A DNA stretch of 64,000 nucleotides from an uncultured Winogradskyella sp. Its GTDB lineage: Bacteria > Bacteroidota > Bacteroidia > Flavobacteriales > Flavobacteriaceae. The stretch lies in the NCBI RefSeq assembly GCF_947501905.1, contig NZ_CANMXL010000004.1, forward strand, positions 144,777 through 208,776, in the 5' to 3' direction. This document shows, in pieces, positions 48,455-57,711 of the stretch. Below the pieces are notes generated by a model. The model was not told where the DNA came from, made no database searches, and worked only from the letters and a program-made list of their open reading frames with translations. How positions within the stretch are numbered: position 1 is the stretch's first letter; each line of letters starts with the position of its first letter. The translations under genes and the position numbers were made by a program.

Positions 48455-48784
48455 TTAGCCACCAACACGTTTTACATTAAAGCCTTTGTCTTTAAGAATG
48501 CTCATTATTTTATCCCGATAATCACCTTGGATAATAATTTTATCATCTTTAAAACTACCACCAACACTAAGTTTTTGCTTCAATTCTTTAGCCAGCATTT
48601 TGAAATCTTTAATAGCACCAGTATAGCCTTCTAAGATTGTAATTGGCTTGCCTTTACGCTTTTCGTATTTGCATATAATTGGGTCGTCTTGCAGCCAAAT
48701 ATCTGACTTTTCTTCAGCTTCATTTTCTGAAACTTCTGGAATATGGTCAGGAAAGAGGTTTTTTAATTGATCTTGTAAATCCAT
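48455..48784 (-). CDS. yciH: SUI1/YciH-family translation initiation factor
   Basis: The 109-aa protein has RKGK..T...G and a C-terminus GG....D.I..QGD.RD.....L...GF, typical of SUI1. Confidence 0.8.
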   Translation of the reverse strand: MDLQDQLKNLFPDHIPEVSENEAEEKSDIWLQDDPIICKYEKRKGKPITILEGYTGAIKDFKMLAKELKQKLSVGGSFKDDKIIIQGDYRDKIMSILKDKGFNVKRVGG

Positions 48785-48793
48785 TATCTGTGC

Positions 48794-49741
48794 TTACTTT
48801 TTCAGACCCAATTCTATCAAACGTTCATTTAAGAATTCTCCTGCGGTGATATCTTCAAACTGCTTTGGATTATTTTCGTCTACGCAACTATCTAAAACAT
48901 CTAATTTCATTTCGCTAATTGGATGCATAAAGAAAGGAATAGAGTAGCGAGATGTTCCCCATAATTCTCTCGGTGGATTCACCACACGATGTATTGTAGA
49001 TTTTAATTTGTTATTGGTATGTCTAGACAACATATCTCCAACATTAATCATTAATTCGTCTGGCTCAGCAATAGCATCAATCCAATCTCCTTTATGGTTT
49101 TGCACTTGTAAACCACGACCTTGAGCGCCCATTAATAAAGTGATAAGGTTAATATCGCCATGTGCAGCAGCTCTAACAGCATTTTTTGGTTCATCAATAA
49201 TCGGTGGGTAATGTATTGGTCTTAAAATAGAATTACCGTTATGTATATAATTGTCAAAATAATTTTCTTCAAGTCCAACAAAAAGGGCTAATGCACGCAA
49301 TACGTATTTTGCTGTTTCTTCAAGTTTTGCATAAGTTTTTTTACCAACAGCATTAAAATTTGGTAATTCTTTTACTTCAACATTTTCAGGGTATTCTTTA
49401 CGACGTTCTTCATCATCTTCAACATACTGTCCAAAATGCCAAAACTCTTTTAAATCGCCTTCTTTTTTGCCTTTTGCACTTTCCTTTCCAAAAGAGATAT
49501 AACCTCGTTGACCACCAATGCCTTCTATTTCGTATTCACGTTTCTTTTCAACAGGTAAATCAAAAAAGTTTTTAACTTCAGTATAAAGACTATCAACTAA
49601 TTCATCATCTAAAAAATGACCTTTCAATGCTACAAAGCCAATGTCTTCATAGGCTTTTCCAATTTCATTTATGAATTTTTGCTTTCTGTTTGGGTCACCG
49701 GATAAAAAATCTTTAAGGTCTACACTAGGTATTCTGTCCAT
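48794..49741 (-). CDS. 2-oxoglutarate/Fe(II)-dependent oxygenase (isopenicillin N synthase family)
   Basis: It has the HxD motif (AHGDINLITLL), a distal His (STIHRV) and an RYSIPFF motif. Confidence 0.8.
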   Translation of the reverse strand: MDRIPSVDLKDFLSGDPNRKQKFINEIGKAYEDIGFVALKGHFLDDELVDSLYTEVKNFFDLPVEKKREYEIEGIGGQRGYISFGKESAKGKKEGDLKEFWHFGQYVEDDEERRKEYPENVEVKELPNFNAVGKKTYAKLEETAKYVLRALALFVGLEENYFDNYIHNGNSILRPIHYPPIIDEPKNAVRAAAHGDINLITLLMGAQGRGLQVQNHKGDWIDAIAEPDELMINVGDMLSRHTNNKLKSTIHRVVNPPRELWGTSRYSIPFFMHPISEMKLDVLDSCVDENNPKQFEDITAGEFLNERLIELGLKK

Positions 49742-49857
49742 GATATGCAGTTTTATTAATTACATGTAATACAAATCTAGTGAAAACCCAATAAAAACAG
49801 GAGATTTATACCAATAAAATTGATGAACTATTAGTTATAATTTCTATCTATTTTAGT

Positions 49858-49865
49858 TACATTTG
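49858..49865 (+). promoter_or_regulatory. candidate -7 promoter box (TACATTTG) for the E1 dehydrogenase gene
   Basis: It is an exact TAnnTTTG match 26 nt upstream of the ATG at 49891. It abuts the track's TTG at 49867, which argues against that start. Confidence 0.35.
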
Positions 49866-49890
49866 ATTGACGATTAAAAATGTTACATAC

Positions 49891-51891
49891 ATGTCTAACC
49901 CAACATTGAAACCTATAAATTATAACAGAGCTTCTCTAAGTGACGAGAAGCTAATACAGTTATATTATAACATGCTAAGACCTCGGTTAATAGAAGAGAA
50001 GATGCTTATTCTACTGAGACAGGGCAAGATATCTAAATGGTTTTCTGGTATTGGTCAAGAGGCGATTTCTGTTGGTGTTACTATGGCATTGGATAAAGAA
50101 GAATATATTTTGCCAATGCATCGTAATCTAGGCGTTTTTACGACTAGAGAGATTCCGTTATTTCGATTGTTCTGCCAGTGGCAAGGAAAAGCAAGTGGAT
50201 TTACAAAAGGACGTGACCGCTCTTTTCATTTTGGAACACAAGAATTCAATATTGTTGGAATGATATCGCATTTGGGACCGCAGCTTGGTGTTGCAGATGG
50301 TATTGCTTTGGCTAACCTATTGAAGAAAAATAATAAGGCAACTGCTGTTTTCACAGGAGAAGGTGGAACTAGCGAAGGCGATTTTCATGAAGCGTTGAAT
50401 GTGGCTTCTGTTTGGCAATTACCAGTACTATTCTGTATTGAAAATAATGGTTATGGGTTATCCACACCAACTGCTGAGCAATATAATTGTGAGCATTTGG
50501 CTGATAGAGGCAAGGGTTATGGTATGGAATCTCACATTATTGATGGTAATAATATTACAGAAGTCTATACAAAAGTTTCTGAATTGGCTGAAGACATTCG
50601 TCAAAATCCACGTCCAGTGCTACTAGAATTTAAAACTTTTAGAATGCGTGGTCATGAAGAGGCAAGCGGTACTAAGTATGTACCGCAAGAATTAATGGAC
50701 CATTGGGCTGCAAAAGACCCTTTAGAAAATTACCAAGAGTACTTAAGAACTCAAGGGATTTTAACCGAAGAAAAAGAGGTTGAATTTAAGGAAGCTATCA
50801 TTCATGAAATTAATGAGGCTTTAGACAAAGCTTATGCAGAAGAAAAAATAGTGCCAGACATAAGTATTGAATTAAATGATGTGTATAAATTATTTGTATA
50901 TCAAGAAGTTAATAAAAATAAAGAAATAAAAGAACTACGTTTGATAGATGCTATTTCTGAAGGCTTAAAACAGTCTATGAAGCGTCATAATGACCTAGTC
51001 ATTATGGGTCAAGATATCGCTGAATATGGTGGTGTTTTTAAAATTACTGATGGTTTTGTTGAACAGTTTGGTAAAGAAAGAGTGCGCAATACACCGATTT
51101 GTGAATCTGCCATTGTTGAAGCTGGAATGGGATTATCTATTGCGGGAATGAAAGCTGTTGTAGAAATGCAATTTGCTGACTTTGTGAGTTCTGGTTTTAA
51201 TCCAATAGTAAATTATTTAGCAAAATCCCATTACCGTTGGAATCAGCAAGCTGATGTAGTAATACGTATGCCTTGTGGTGCTGGTGTTGCTGCCGGGCCA
51301 TTCCACTCGCAAACCAATGAAGCTTGGTTTACTAAAACACCAGGTTTAAAAGTGGTATATCCTGCTTTTCCTGCGGATGCTAAAGGTTTATTAGCTACGG
51401 CAATTAATGACCCAAATCCTGTGTTGTTTTTTGAACATAAGGCTTTATATAGAAGTATTCGTCAAGACGTACCTACAGATTATTACACATTGCCTTTAGG
51501 AAAAGCGTCTCTGCTTAAAGAAGGAAATGGTATTACCATAATAACTTATGGTGCAGGCGTGCATTGGGCTTTAGAGATTATAGAAAACAATGCTGATATC
51601 TCTGCGGACTTAATTGATTTGCGCTCATTACAGCCTTTAGATAAAGAGGCTATTATTAATTCTGTAAAGAAAACCAATAAAGCCATTATATTACAAGAAG
51701 ATTCTATGTTTGGAGGTATAGCTAGTGATTTGTCAGCTATGCTGATGGAAGAGTGTTTTGAATATCTAGATGCACCAGTAAAGCGTGTGGCGAGTTTAGA
51801 AACACCAATACCTTTTGATAGCCAATTAGAGCAGCAGTATTTAGCAAAAGGTAGATTTGAAGATGAACTGAAGAAGTTGTTGGAGTATTGA
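49891..51891 (+). CDS. fused alpha/beta E1 component of a 2-oxoacid dehydrogenase (TPP-dependent)
   Basis: The N-terminal half has the TPP-binding GEGGTSEGDFHEALN motif. The C-terminal half is a transketolase-like Pyr/C-terminal domain (NTPI.E..I.G...G.A..G). Confidence 0.85.
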   Translation: MSNPTLKPINYNRASLSDEKLIQLYYNMLRPRLIEEKMLILLRQGKISKWFSGIGQEAISVGVTMALDKEEYILPMHRNLGVFTTREIPLFRLFCQWQGKASGFTKGRDRSFHFGTQEFNIVGMISHLGPQLGVADGIALANLLKKNNKATAVFTGEGGTSEGDFHEALNVASVWQLPVLFCIENNGYGLSTPTAEQYNCEHLADRGKGYGMESHIIDGNNITEVYTKVSELAEDIRQNPRPVLLEFKTFRMRGHEEASGTKYVPQELMDHWAAKDPLENYQEYLRTQGILTEEKEVEFKEAIIHEINEALDKAYAEEKIVPDISIELNDVYKLFVYQEVNKNKEIKELRLIDAISEGLKQSMKRHNDLVIMGQDIAEYGGVFKITDGFVEQFGKERVRNTPICESAIVEAGMGLSIAGMKAVVEMQFADFVSSGFNPIVNYLAKSHYRWNQQADVVIRMPCGAGVAAGPFHSQTNEAWFTKTPGLKVVYPAFPADAKGLLATAINDPNPVLFFEHKALYRSIRQDVPTDYYTLPLGKASLLKEGNGITIITYGAGVHWALEIIENNADISADLIDLRSLQPLDKEAIINSVKKTNKAIILQEDSMFGGIASDLSAMLMEECFEYLDAPVKRVASLETPIPFDSQLEQQYLAKGRFEDELKKLLEY

Positions 51892-51904
51892 ATCAAAATT
51901 GAAT

Positions 51905-52447
51905 ATGAAAAATAAGTACAATAAAATTAATATTGTGTTTAATAAAAAAGAAATAAAATTTCCAAATGGTTATTTCTTCAAGCAAAGCCAAGTCAATACT
52001 TCAAAAAAAATATTATCAACTGAAATTTCTGAAGTAAACTTAAATACTTTTCCGCCTTCATTAGTTTATAAAGATATAGAAGTGATTTTTGTAAAAAATG
52101 ATTGCAAAAATTCTTTAAAAGATTTTGCTAAAAAAAATAATATACCAATAATAGATAGGCTTGATATATGGGAACATATGTGTCGACCATATCTTGATAC
52201 AGAATTTGAAGAACAGGAGAAAGTAGAGTCTTTAAAATTACTTGAAGCGAATGGTGTTTCGAGAAAAGATGTAACTCAAATCCGAAAGAAGATTAATTTT
52301 ACGATGTTCTTAAACTTTATAGTATGGGAATGGTGTTATTTGGGATTGTATGATTATTTAAGTTGGACATTTTTAAATAAAAAAAAGTATTGGTGGGCTA
52401 TGGAGGTAGCTTTAAGAAATTACTTCAAACTCTCAGCCACAGCCTGA
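51905..52447 (+). CDS. hypothetical protein
   Basis: The ORF is about 180 aa and Lys/Asn-rich, with a Trp-rich hydrophobic C-terminus. Its 3' end overlaps the convergent dipeptidase gene by 28 nt. I recognised no family. Confidence 0.4.
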   Translation: MKNKYNKINIVFNKKEIKFPNGYFFKQSQVNTSKKILSTEISEVNLNTFPPSLVYKDIEVIFVKNDCKNSLKDFAKKNNIPIIDRLDIWEHMCRPYLDTEFEEQEKVESLKLLEANGVSRKDVTQIRKKINFTMFLNFIVWEWCYLGLYDYLSWTFLNKKKYWWAMEVALRNYFKLSATA

Positions 52448-53715
52448 CACTCATCTAAAACCCTAAGCAAATTACCAGACCATAATTGTTCTATTTGTTC
52501 TTCTGAATACCCACGACGTACTAATTCTAAAGTCACATTAAAGGTTTCTGAGGCATCATTCCAGCCTTCAATACCACCACCGCCATCAAAATCACTACTA
52601 ATACCAACATGGTCAATGCCCATTTTACCAACTAAATAATCGATATGGTCTACAAAGTCAGAGACATTAACTTCTGGTGGAAAATCAGCCATAGCATCAA
52701 TTTTAGCTTTAGCCAAATCATTAATTTTTGATAAATAACCACTTTCTCTAATAGAATCCTGTAGTGTCTTATCTAAAGCTCTAAACTCACGACGACCATA
52801 ATAAGTGACACCTAATGAGTCTGCTATTTGGGTTTTAATTTCTGTAGATTTCTTATTTCTAGCTTCTGATTTTTCTGTACTTAAATAACTTCTAAAAGCC
52901 ACAGTTTGTACAACACCACCATTATCTTTTAGCCATTGTAGTTGCTCATCATCAAGGTTACGACTATGATCACATAAGGCTCTAGCTGAAGAGTGTGAGG
53001 CAATGATTGGTGCTTCTGTGAGTTCTATCATTTGACGCATAGCTTCTTTTGATGGATGTGAAACGTCTATCATCATACCGACTTTATTCATTTCTTTAAG
53101 CACCATTTTCCCGAAATCACTTAACCCATTATGCAACCAATTATTATCAGCTTCACCAGTATTACTATCACACAACTGGCTGTGCCCATTGTGTGATAAG
53201 GACATGTATCGTGCTCCTAAATCGTAAAATTTCTGGACATTTTCAATATCTAATCCAACAGGGTAACCATTTTCAATACCAATCATGGCCACTTTTTTGC
53301 CAGATGCATTGATACGTCTGACATCATCAGATGTTCTAGCCAATTCAATTTGATTTGGTGCATAATCTCTAACTAAACGATGAATAGCGTTAAACTTTGA
53401 CATGGCATTGGTATGTGCTTTTTCAAAACCTTCTCTAGATAATGAATCTTGTCCTGTATATACGATAAACCATGGCACATCTAAACCACCTTCTAGCATT
53501 TTTGGCAAGTTTACCTGGTTATCCAATCGTTGCGTATAATTAATCGAATCTGTGAAATTTGCCACATTAATATCGCAATGTGTATCTAAGGTGATAACGC
53601 GGTCGTGAATGTCTTTGGCATAAGCGATTAATTCTTCTTCAGTTTTCGGTTCAGATTTACAACTTGATATTAGAATGGTTAGAACAAGAAAGGGTAGTGT
53701 AGCTTTTAATTTCAT
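52420..53715 (-). CDS. M19-family membrane dipeptidase lipoprotein
   Basis: It has a lipobox (LISSC) and the DTHCD, SLSHNG, DVSH, ASHSS and SSDFDG motifs of renal-dipeptidase-type enzymes. Confidence 0.8.
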   Translation of the reverse strand: MKLKATLPFLVLTILISSCKSEPKTEEELIAYAKDIHDRVITLDTHCDINVANFTDSINYTQRLDNQVNLPKMLEGGLDVPWFIVYTGQDSLSREGFEKAHTNAMSKFNAIHRLVRDYAPNQIELARTSDDVRRINASGKKVAMIGIENGYPVGLDIENVQKFYDLGARYMSLSHNGHSQLCDSNTGEADNNWLHNGLSDFGKMVLKEMNKVGMMIDVSHPSKEAMRQMIELTEAPIIASHSSARALCDHSRNLDDEQLQWLKDNGGVVQTVAFRSYLSTEKSEARNKKSTEIKTQIADSLGVTYYGRREFRALDKTLQDSIRESGYLSKINDLAKAKIDAMADFPPEVNVSDFVDHIDYLVGKMGIDHVGISSDFDGGGGIEGWNDASETFNVTLELVRRGYSEEQIEQLWSGNLLRVLDECQAVAESLK

Positions 53716-53765
53716 AATCGAAGTTTCAATTTTGCATAAAAATAATGTAGTAAAGCGTTAAAAAC

Positions 53766-53794
53766 AAAAAACCAGCATTACAACTAATACTGGT
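53766..53794 (-). terminator. Rho-independent terminator (minus strand)
   Basis: The minus strand reads ACCAGTATTA-gttg-TAATGCTGGT followed by TTTTTGTTTT. The single imperfect pair is a G-U wobble on the minus strand but a C-A mismatch on the plus strand. Confidence 0.6.
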
Positions 53795-54099
53795 TTATTC
53801 AAATTCGATTCTGATTAGATTCATAGTCTAATGTTTTCTAGGTCGTCATCTAAACTGTTAGATGTGTTGACGATTTTTGATAAGGCTTTCATAATTGATT
53901 GATTTTAAAAGATTATCTAAAACGCCTTTTACTGTTCCAAGTAAAACTTTTAGCTTCTGAATTCCTGCTCGTTAACTGATTGTTGTTTAATGTTCTCATG
54001 ATTGTTCGATTTTTAATTGATTACACTATAAAGACGACCAATAAAAATTTATGTTACAACTAAAACACTGATTTAACAGACATTAACGTTACATTAACC

Positions 54100-54663
54100 T
54101 TAGTCACGTTTAACGTTAACTTCAGATAGTATAAAAGGATAAGCCTCTTTTACTGCCTTTAATTCTTCTTTTGATAACTCATCAGGAATCTTATCATATG
54201 TCTTTTTCGCATATGCTGCGCGTAAATCATAATAGGCATCACTTATTTCATCTTGAACAGCTATATACATACCATAATTGGTCAATGCATCGTGTTTTAA
54301 TGATATTATAGCTTCTGAAGGTTTATCTGATGAGTTAGGCAATTGCTCACCATTACAATAATCACAAACCTTCTCTCCATTGTTATCTATAAATGCAATA
54401 ACTAAATCTTTTAATTCTTCTAGCTCTATAATTTCATCTTCAGCCATAATTTCATTATTCATATTTATATAAATCTTAAAGATGTTTTTATCATTTATTA
54501 TTATATCACAATCGGGCGTTAAACATTTTGGAGGTAGTTTTCTTAAAATTCCTTTATCTGCAGAAATAGTAGTGGTGACTAAGAAAAAGATGAGTAGTAA
54601 AAAAGCAATATCTGCCATTGAACCAGCATTAACGGATGGGGCATTTCTTCTTGAGTTTCTCAT
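54100..54663 (-). CDS. ExbD/TolR-family biopolymer transport protein with an extended Cys-containing periplasmic domain
   Basis: The N-terminus is MRNSRRNAPSVNAGSMADIAFLLLIFFLVTT, the typical ExbD TM segment. I prefer the ATG at 54663. No exbB or tonB gene is adjacent. Confidence 0.7.
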   Translation of the reverse strand: MRNSRRNAPSVNAGSMADIAFLLLIFFLVTTTISADKGILRKLPPKCLTPDCDIIINDKNIFKIYINMNNEIMAEDEIIELEELKDLVIAFIDNNGEKVCDYCNGEQLPNSSDKPSEAIISLKHDALTNYGMYIAVQDEISDAYYDLRAAYAKKTYDKIPDELSKEELKAVKEAYPFILSEVNVKRD

Positions 54664-54762
54664 AATAGTTGACGTTTTTAGGATTAATGTTAAAGAAATC
54701 ACAAAAACAATACCACTTTTAAAATGTTGTTAACAAGAGCCTTTGAAACCGTTATTATGTGC

Positions 54763-54770
54763 TATTTTTG
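54763..54770 (+). promoter_or_regulatory. candidate -7 promoter box (TATTTTTG) for the SF2 helicase gene
   Basis: It matches TAnnTTTG. It lies 26 nt before the TTG at 54796 and 62 nt before the ATG at 54832. Confidence 0.3.
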
Positions 54771-54831
54771 CAAAATTGGTCCGTTAAACAATTAATTGGC
54801 CTCAGCTATTAATACACATTTTAAGCATCAT

Positions 54832-56346
54832 ATGTCTGTAGACACCCAAATACAAGTAGAAAAAGAGAGTAAAAAGCGACTCTACGATTATCAAATATCT
54901 GACCTCAATCGAATTTTTGATGTCATGGATGAATCTCCTGATGATTATAATTTGCTCTACCAGTTACCAACTGGCGGCGGAAAAACAGTTATTTTTTCAG
55001 AGATTGTTAGACGTTATATTAAAGACAGAAACAAAAAGGTAGTTATACTTACACACCGTATTGAGTTGTGTAAGCAAACCTCGAGTGTACTTTCTGGGTT
55101 TGATGTAAAAAATAAGATTATAAACAGTAAAGTAAAGGATTTACCTGACCAGGATGAGTATCAATGTTTTGTTGCAATGGTTGAGACTCTGAATAATCGT
55201 TTATCTGAAAATGATTTTGAACTCAAAGATATTGGGCTTGTAATTATTGATGAAGCACATTATAACTCATTTAGGAAGTTATTTAAATTCTTTGATAATT
55301 GTTTTATTCTTGGGGTTACAGCTACGCCTTTAAGTAGTAATATTAAGTTACCAATGAAGGATAATTATAACAATCTAATTGTTGGTGATGATATTTCTAC
55401 ATTGATTAAAAACGGGTTTTTGGCTAAAGCCGAAATGTTAAGTTACGATGTTGGATTAACATCTTTAAAAGTTGGTATTAATGGTGATTATACGGTAAAA
55501 TCGTCTGAAGCATTATATACCAATAGCTTTATGCAAACAAAGCTTCTAACTGCATTTGATGACACTTCCAAAGGTAAAAAGACATTAATCTTTAATAATG
55601 GTATCCATACATCTAAAGAAGTCTACCATACATTTAGAAGAGCTGGTTATAATGTAAGGCATCTTGATAATACTGCGAATAAAGAAGAGCGAAGAGAAAC
55701 ACTTGAATGGTTTAAGGATACACCTGATGCTATATTAACTTCGGTAAGTATATTGACGACTGGTTTTGATGAGCCATCGGTAGAGTCTATAATCTTAAAT
55801 CGTGCTACAAGATCATTGACTTTATATTTTCAAATGATTGGTCGTGGCTCACGTATCTATGGTGATAGAAAATCGTTTCAGGTTGTAGATTTGGGTAATA
55901 ATATTGCTCGTTTTGGACCTTGGGATCAGCCTGTAGATTGGCAGCATATTTTCAAATATCCAGATTTTTATTTGGAGAATATTGTTGATGACGATACGCT
56001 AGAACGTGATTTTGTTTATGAAATGCCAGATACACTTCGTAAAAAGTTTAAAAAGTCCGAATCTTTGGATTTTAATGTGAAGGCTGAGTATAAGCAAGTT
56101 CTTAATTCAGGAAAAAAATCATTTACAGTAATTGAGCGCTCGATAGAGCAACATTCAAAAATATGCATCGAAAATTGCGAAGATGTTTTTGAAGCCCGAG
56201 AGTTGATAAAAGAATTGCAAGACGAAATAGCTTATAGAATTAAGCAATATTGCTATTGTATTATGAACAGTACTCAAAACTACAAAGACTGGCTTTTTGA
56301 AGAGTATAACAGGCGTTTAAGACTAAGTTTCAACGGAAAGTTTTAA
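54832..56346 (+). CDS. superfamily 2 DEAH-type helicase (ResIII/SSL2-like) with a C-terminal extension of about 130 aa
   Basis: It has motif I (PTGGGKT), motif II (IIDEAHY), motif III (GVTATP) and motif VI (QMIGRGSR). The start is ambiguous between the TTG at 54796 and the ATG at 54832. Confidence 0.8.
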   Translation: MSVDTQIQVEKESKKRLYDYQISDLNRIFDVMDESPDDYNLLYQLPTGGGKTVIFSEIVRRYIKDRNKKVVILTHRIELCKQTSSVLSGFDVKNKIINSKVKDLPDQDEYQCFVAMVETLNNRLSENDFELKDIGLVIIDEAHYNSFRKLFKFFDNCFILGVTATPLSSNIKLPMKDNYNNLIVGDDISTLIKNGFLAKAEMLSYDVGLTSLKVGINGDYTVKSSEALYTNSFMQTKLLTAFDDTSKGKKTLIFNNGIHTSKEVYHTFRRAGYNVRHLDNTANKEERRETLEWFKDTPDAILTSVSILTTGFDEPSVESIILNRATRSLTLYFQMIGRGSRIYGDRKSFQVVDLGNNIARFGPWDQPVDWQHIFKYPDFYLENIVDDDTLERDFVYEMPDTLRKKFKKSESLDFNVKAEYKQVLNSGKKSFTVIERSIEQHSKICIENCEDVFEARELIKELQDEIAYRIKQYCYCIMNSTQNYKDWLFEEYNRRLRLSFNGKF

Positions 56347-56435
56347 CTTTTTTTTGAAAGGTTTTTGTTTTTTATGCGTTTAATTTGAAATAGGTATAGT
56401 TTTTGTTGCTTATGCCTTAATAAATTAAATCAAAT

Positions 56436-57143
56436 ATGTACAATCGTTTTTTAATCATTCTCTGCTTTATAGCCTTTGGCTTTACGCTGAATGCTCAAGT
56501 GACTGATAAAGAGAAAAAGACGATTAGAATCCCAGCTGTAGAATCTAAGAAAGAAAAAGATTCGACACCGATACGTATTAAAGTTGCTCCAAAGAAAAAT
56601 CCAAAAGCAGACAAAGACAAATCTAGTAATAAGAGTAATACTATTTCTAGAAAAAAGGCAACTGAAGTCGAACGTCCTTTTTCCTTAATTTATGATGATG
56701 GTTTAAGAAACCCTGGTGAAATTTTCGAAGAACGCTGGAAAAAAGAAGCCCAAGCTTTAGGCATAAGAAAATTTATGAGTGATCAATTCTTAGGTCAATA
56801 TAATATAGATACTGAGTTTGTAAATATAGTTTGTCGTGATCACGAGTATCCTGATGGTGACCGAGTAAGCGTCTCTTTAAATGGAGAAATAGTATACAGA
56901 AATGTGACGCTAACTTCTCAATACAGACGCTTAAAAATCAACCTTATTGAAGGTATTAATATGATTGATATCACAGCTCTTAATCAAGGGGATTCTGGAC
57001 CAAATACAGCAGAATTTGTTGTTTATGATGATAAAGGGAATGTCGTATCATCAAAGGAGTGGAATTTACTTACTGGTGTAAAAGCCAAAATCACGTTTAT
57101 TAATGAGAAACCAAAGATTACGGCTAAGAATGAAGGCAACTAA
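56436..57143 (+). CDS. secreted hypothetical protein
   Basis: It has a signal peptide (FLIILCFIAFGFTLNAQ), a Lys-rich linker and a beta-rich C-terminal domain. Confidence 0.45.
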   Translation: MYNRFLIILCFIAFGFTLNAQVTDKEKKTIRIPAVESKKEKDSTPIRIKVAPKKNPKADKDKSSNKSNTISRKKATEVERPFSLIYDDGLRNPGEIFEERWKKEAQALGIRKFMSDQFLGQYNIDTEFVNIVCRDHEYPDGDRVSVSLNGEIVYRNVTLTSQYRRLKINLIEGINMIDITALNQGDSGPNTAEFVVYDDKGNVVSSKEWNLLTGVKAKITFINEKPKITAKNEGN

Positions 57144-57711
57144 TACTTTCATATGCTCCAGGTTTCATATTACCTAGTTTATAATCTCCAATTCTAACGC
57201 GAACCAATCTCAATGTTGGTAAACCTACTTTAGAAGTCATTTTCCTAACTTGTCTAAACTTACCTTCAGTAATAGTAATGCTCAACCAAGATGTAGCACC
57301 ATGGCGCTCATCACGTACAAAGCGTTCTGTAATATGCGATGTGTCTTTTAAAATTTCTGCTTTGCAGGGTTTAGTCATATATGGTTTACTGTTAACAGAG
57401 ATTTCAACACCTTTTTTTAATTGATTAACTATATTGTTAGTAATAATACCATCAACCATAACATGATATTCTTTTTCAATATTAGCACTTCTAATATACT
57501 CGCTAAATTTCCCATCAGTTGTTAAAAGAAGTAAACCCTCTGATTTTTCATCTAAACGACCAATTGCCATTGTTTTTTGAGAAAAATCGAACAAGTCACT
57601 TAATAACTTTTTATTGCGACGCTTATTCTGGTTGTTTACAAACTGACTTAAATATCCATAAGGTTTATATATTTTATAATGTGTATGTACTACCAAAATG
57701 TGATGAAGCAT
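57124..57711 (-). CDS. RsuA/RluE-family pseudouridine synthase
   Basis: It has YKIYKPYGYLSQF and the catalytic GRLD..SEGLLLLT motif. Confidence 0.8.
   Translation of the reverse strand: MLHHILVVHTHYKIYKPYGYLSQFVNNQNKRRNKKLLSDLFDFSQKTMAIGRLDEKSEGLLLLTTDGKFSEYIRSANIEKEYHVMVDGIITNNIVNQLKKGVEISVNSKPYMTKPCKAEILKDTSHITERFVRDERHGATSWLSITITEGKFRQVRKMTSKVGLPTLRLVRVRIGDYKLGNMKPGAYESISCLHS

Noticed and set aside
52420-52447. The 28-nt overlap of convergent genes (hypothetical 51905-52447 and the M19 dipeptidase), and similar small convergent overlaps at 57124-57143 and 60388-60391, considered as antisense regulation.
   Set aside because: Short 3'-3' overlaps are common in compact genomes. There is no additional structure or conservation evidence here. 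The 51905-52447 ORF itself is only moderately supported.
54081-54120. Two TTAACGTTA(A) palindromes 27 bp apart (54083-54091 and 54110-54119) and a CATTAAC direct repeat at the exbD 3' end, considered as possible operator sites.
   Set aside because: Short AT-rich palindromes of 8-10 bp are expected by chance in a genome this AT-rich. One copy lies inside coding sequence and there is no adjacent regulator gene. I note them but make no claim.
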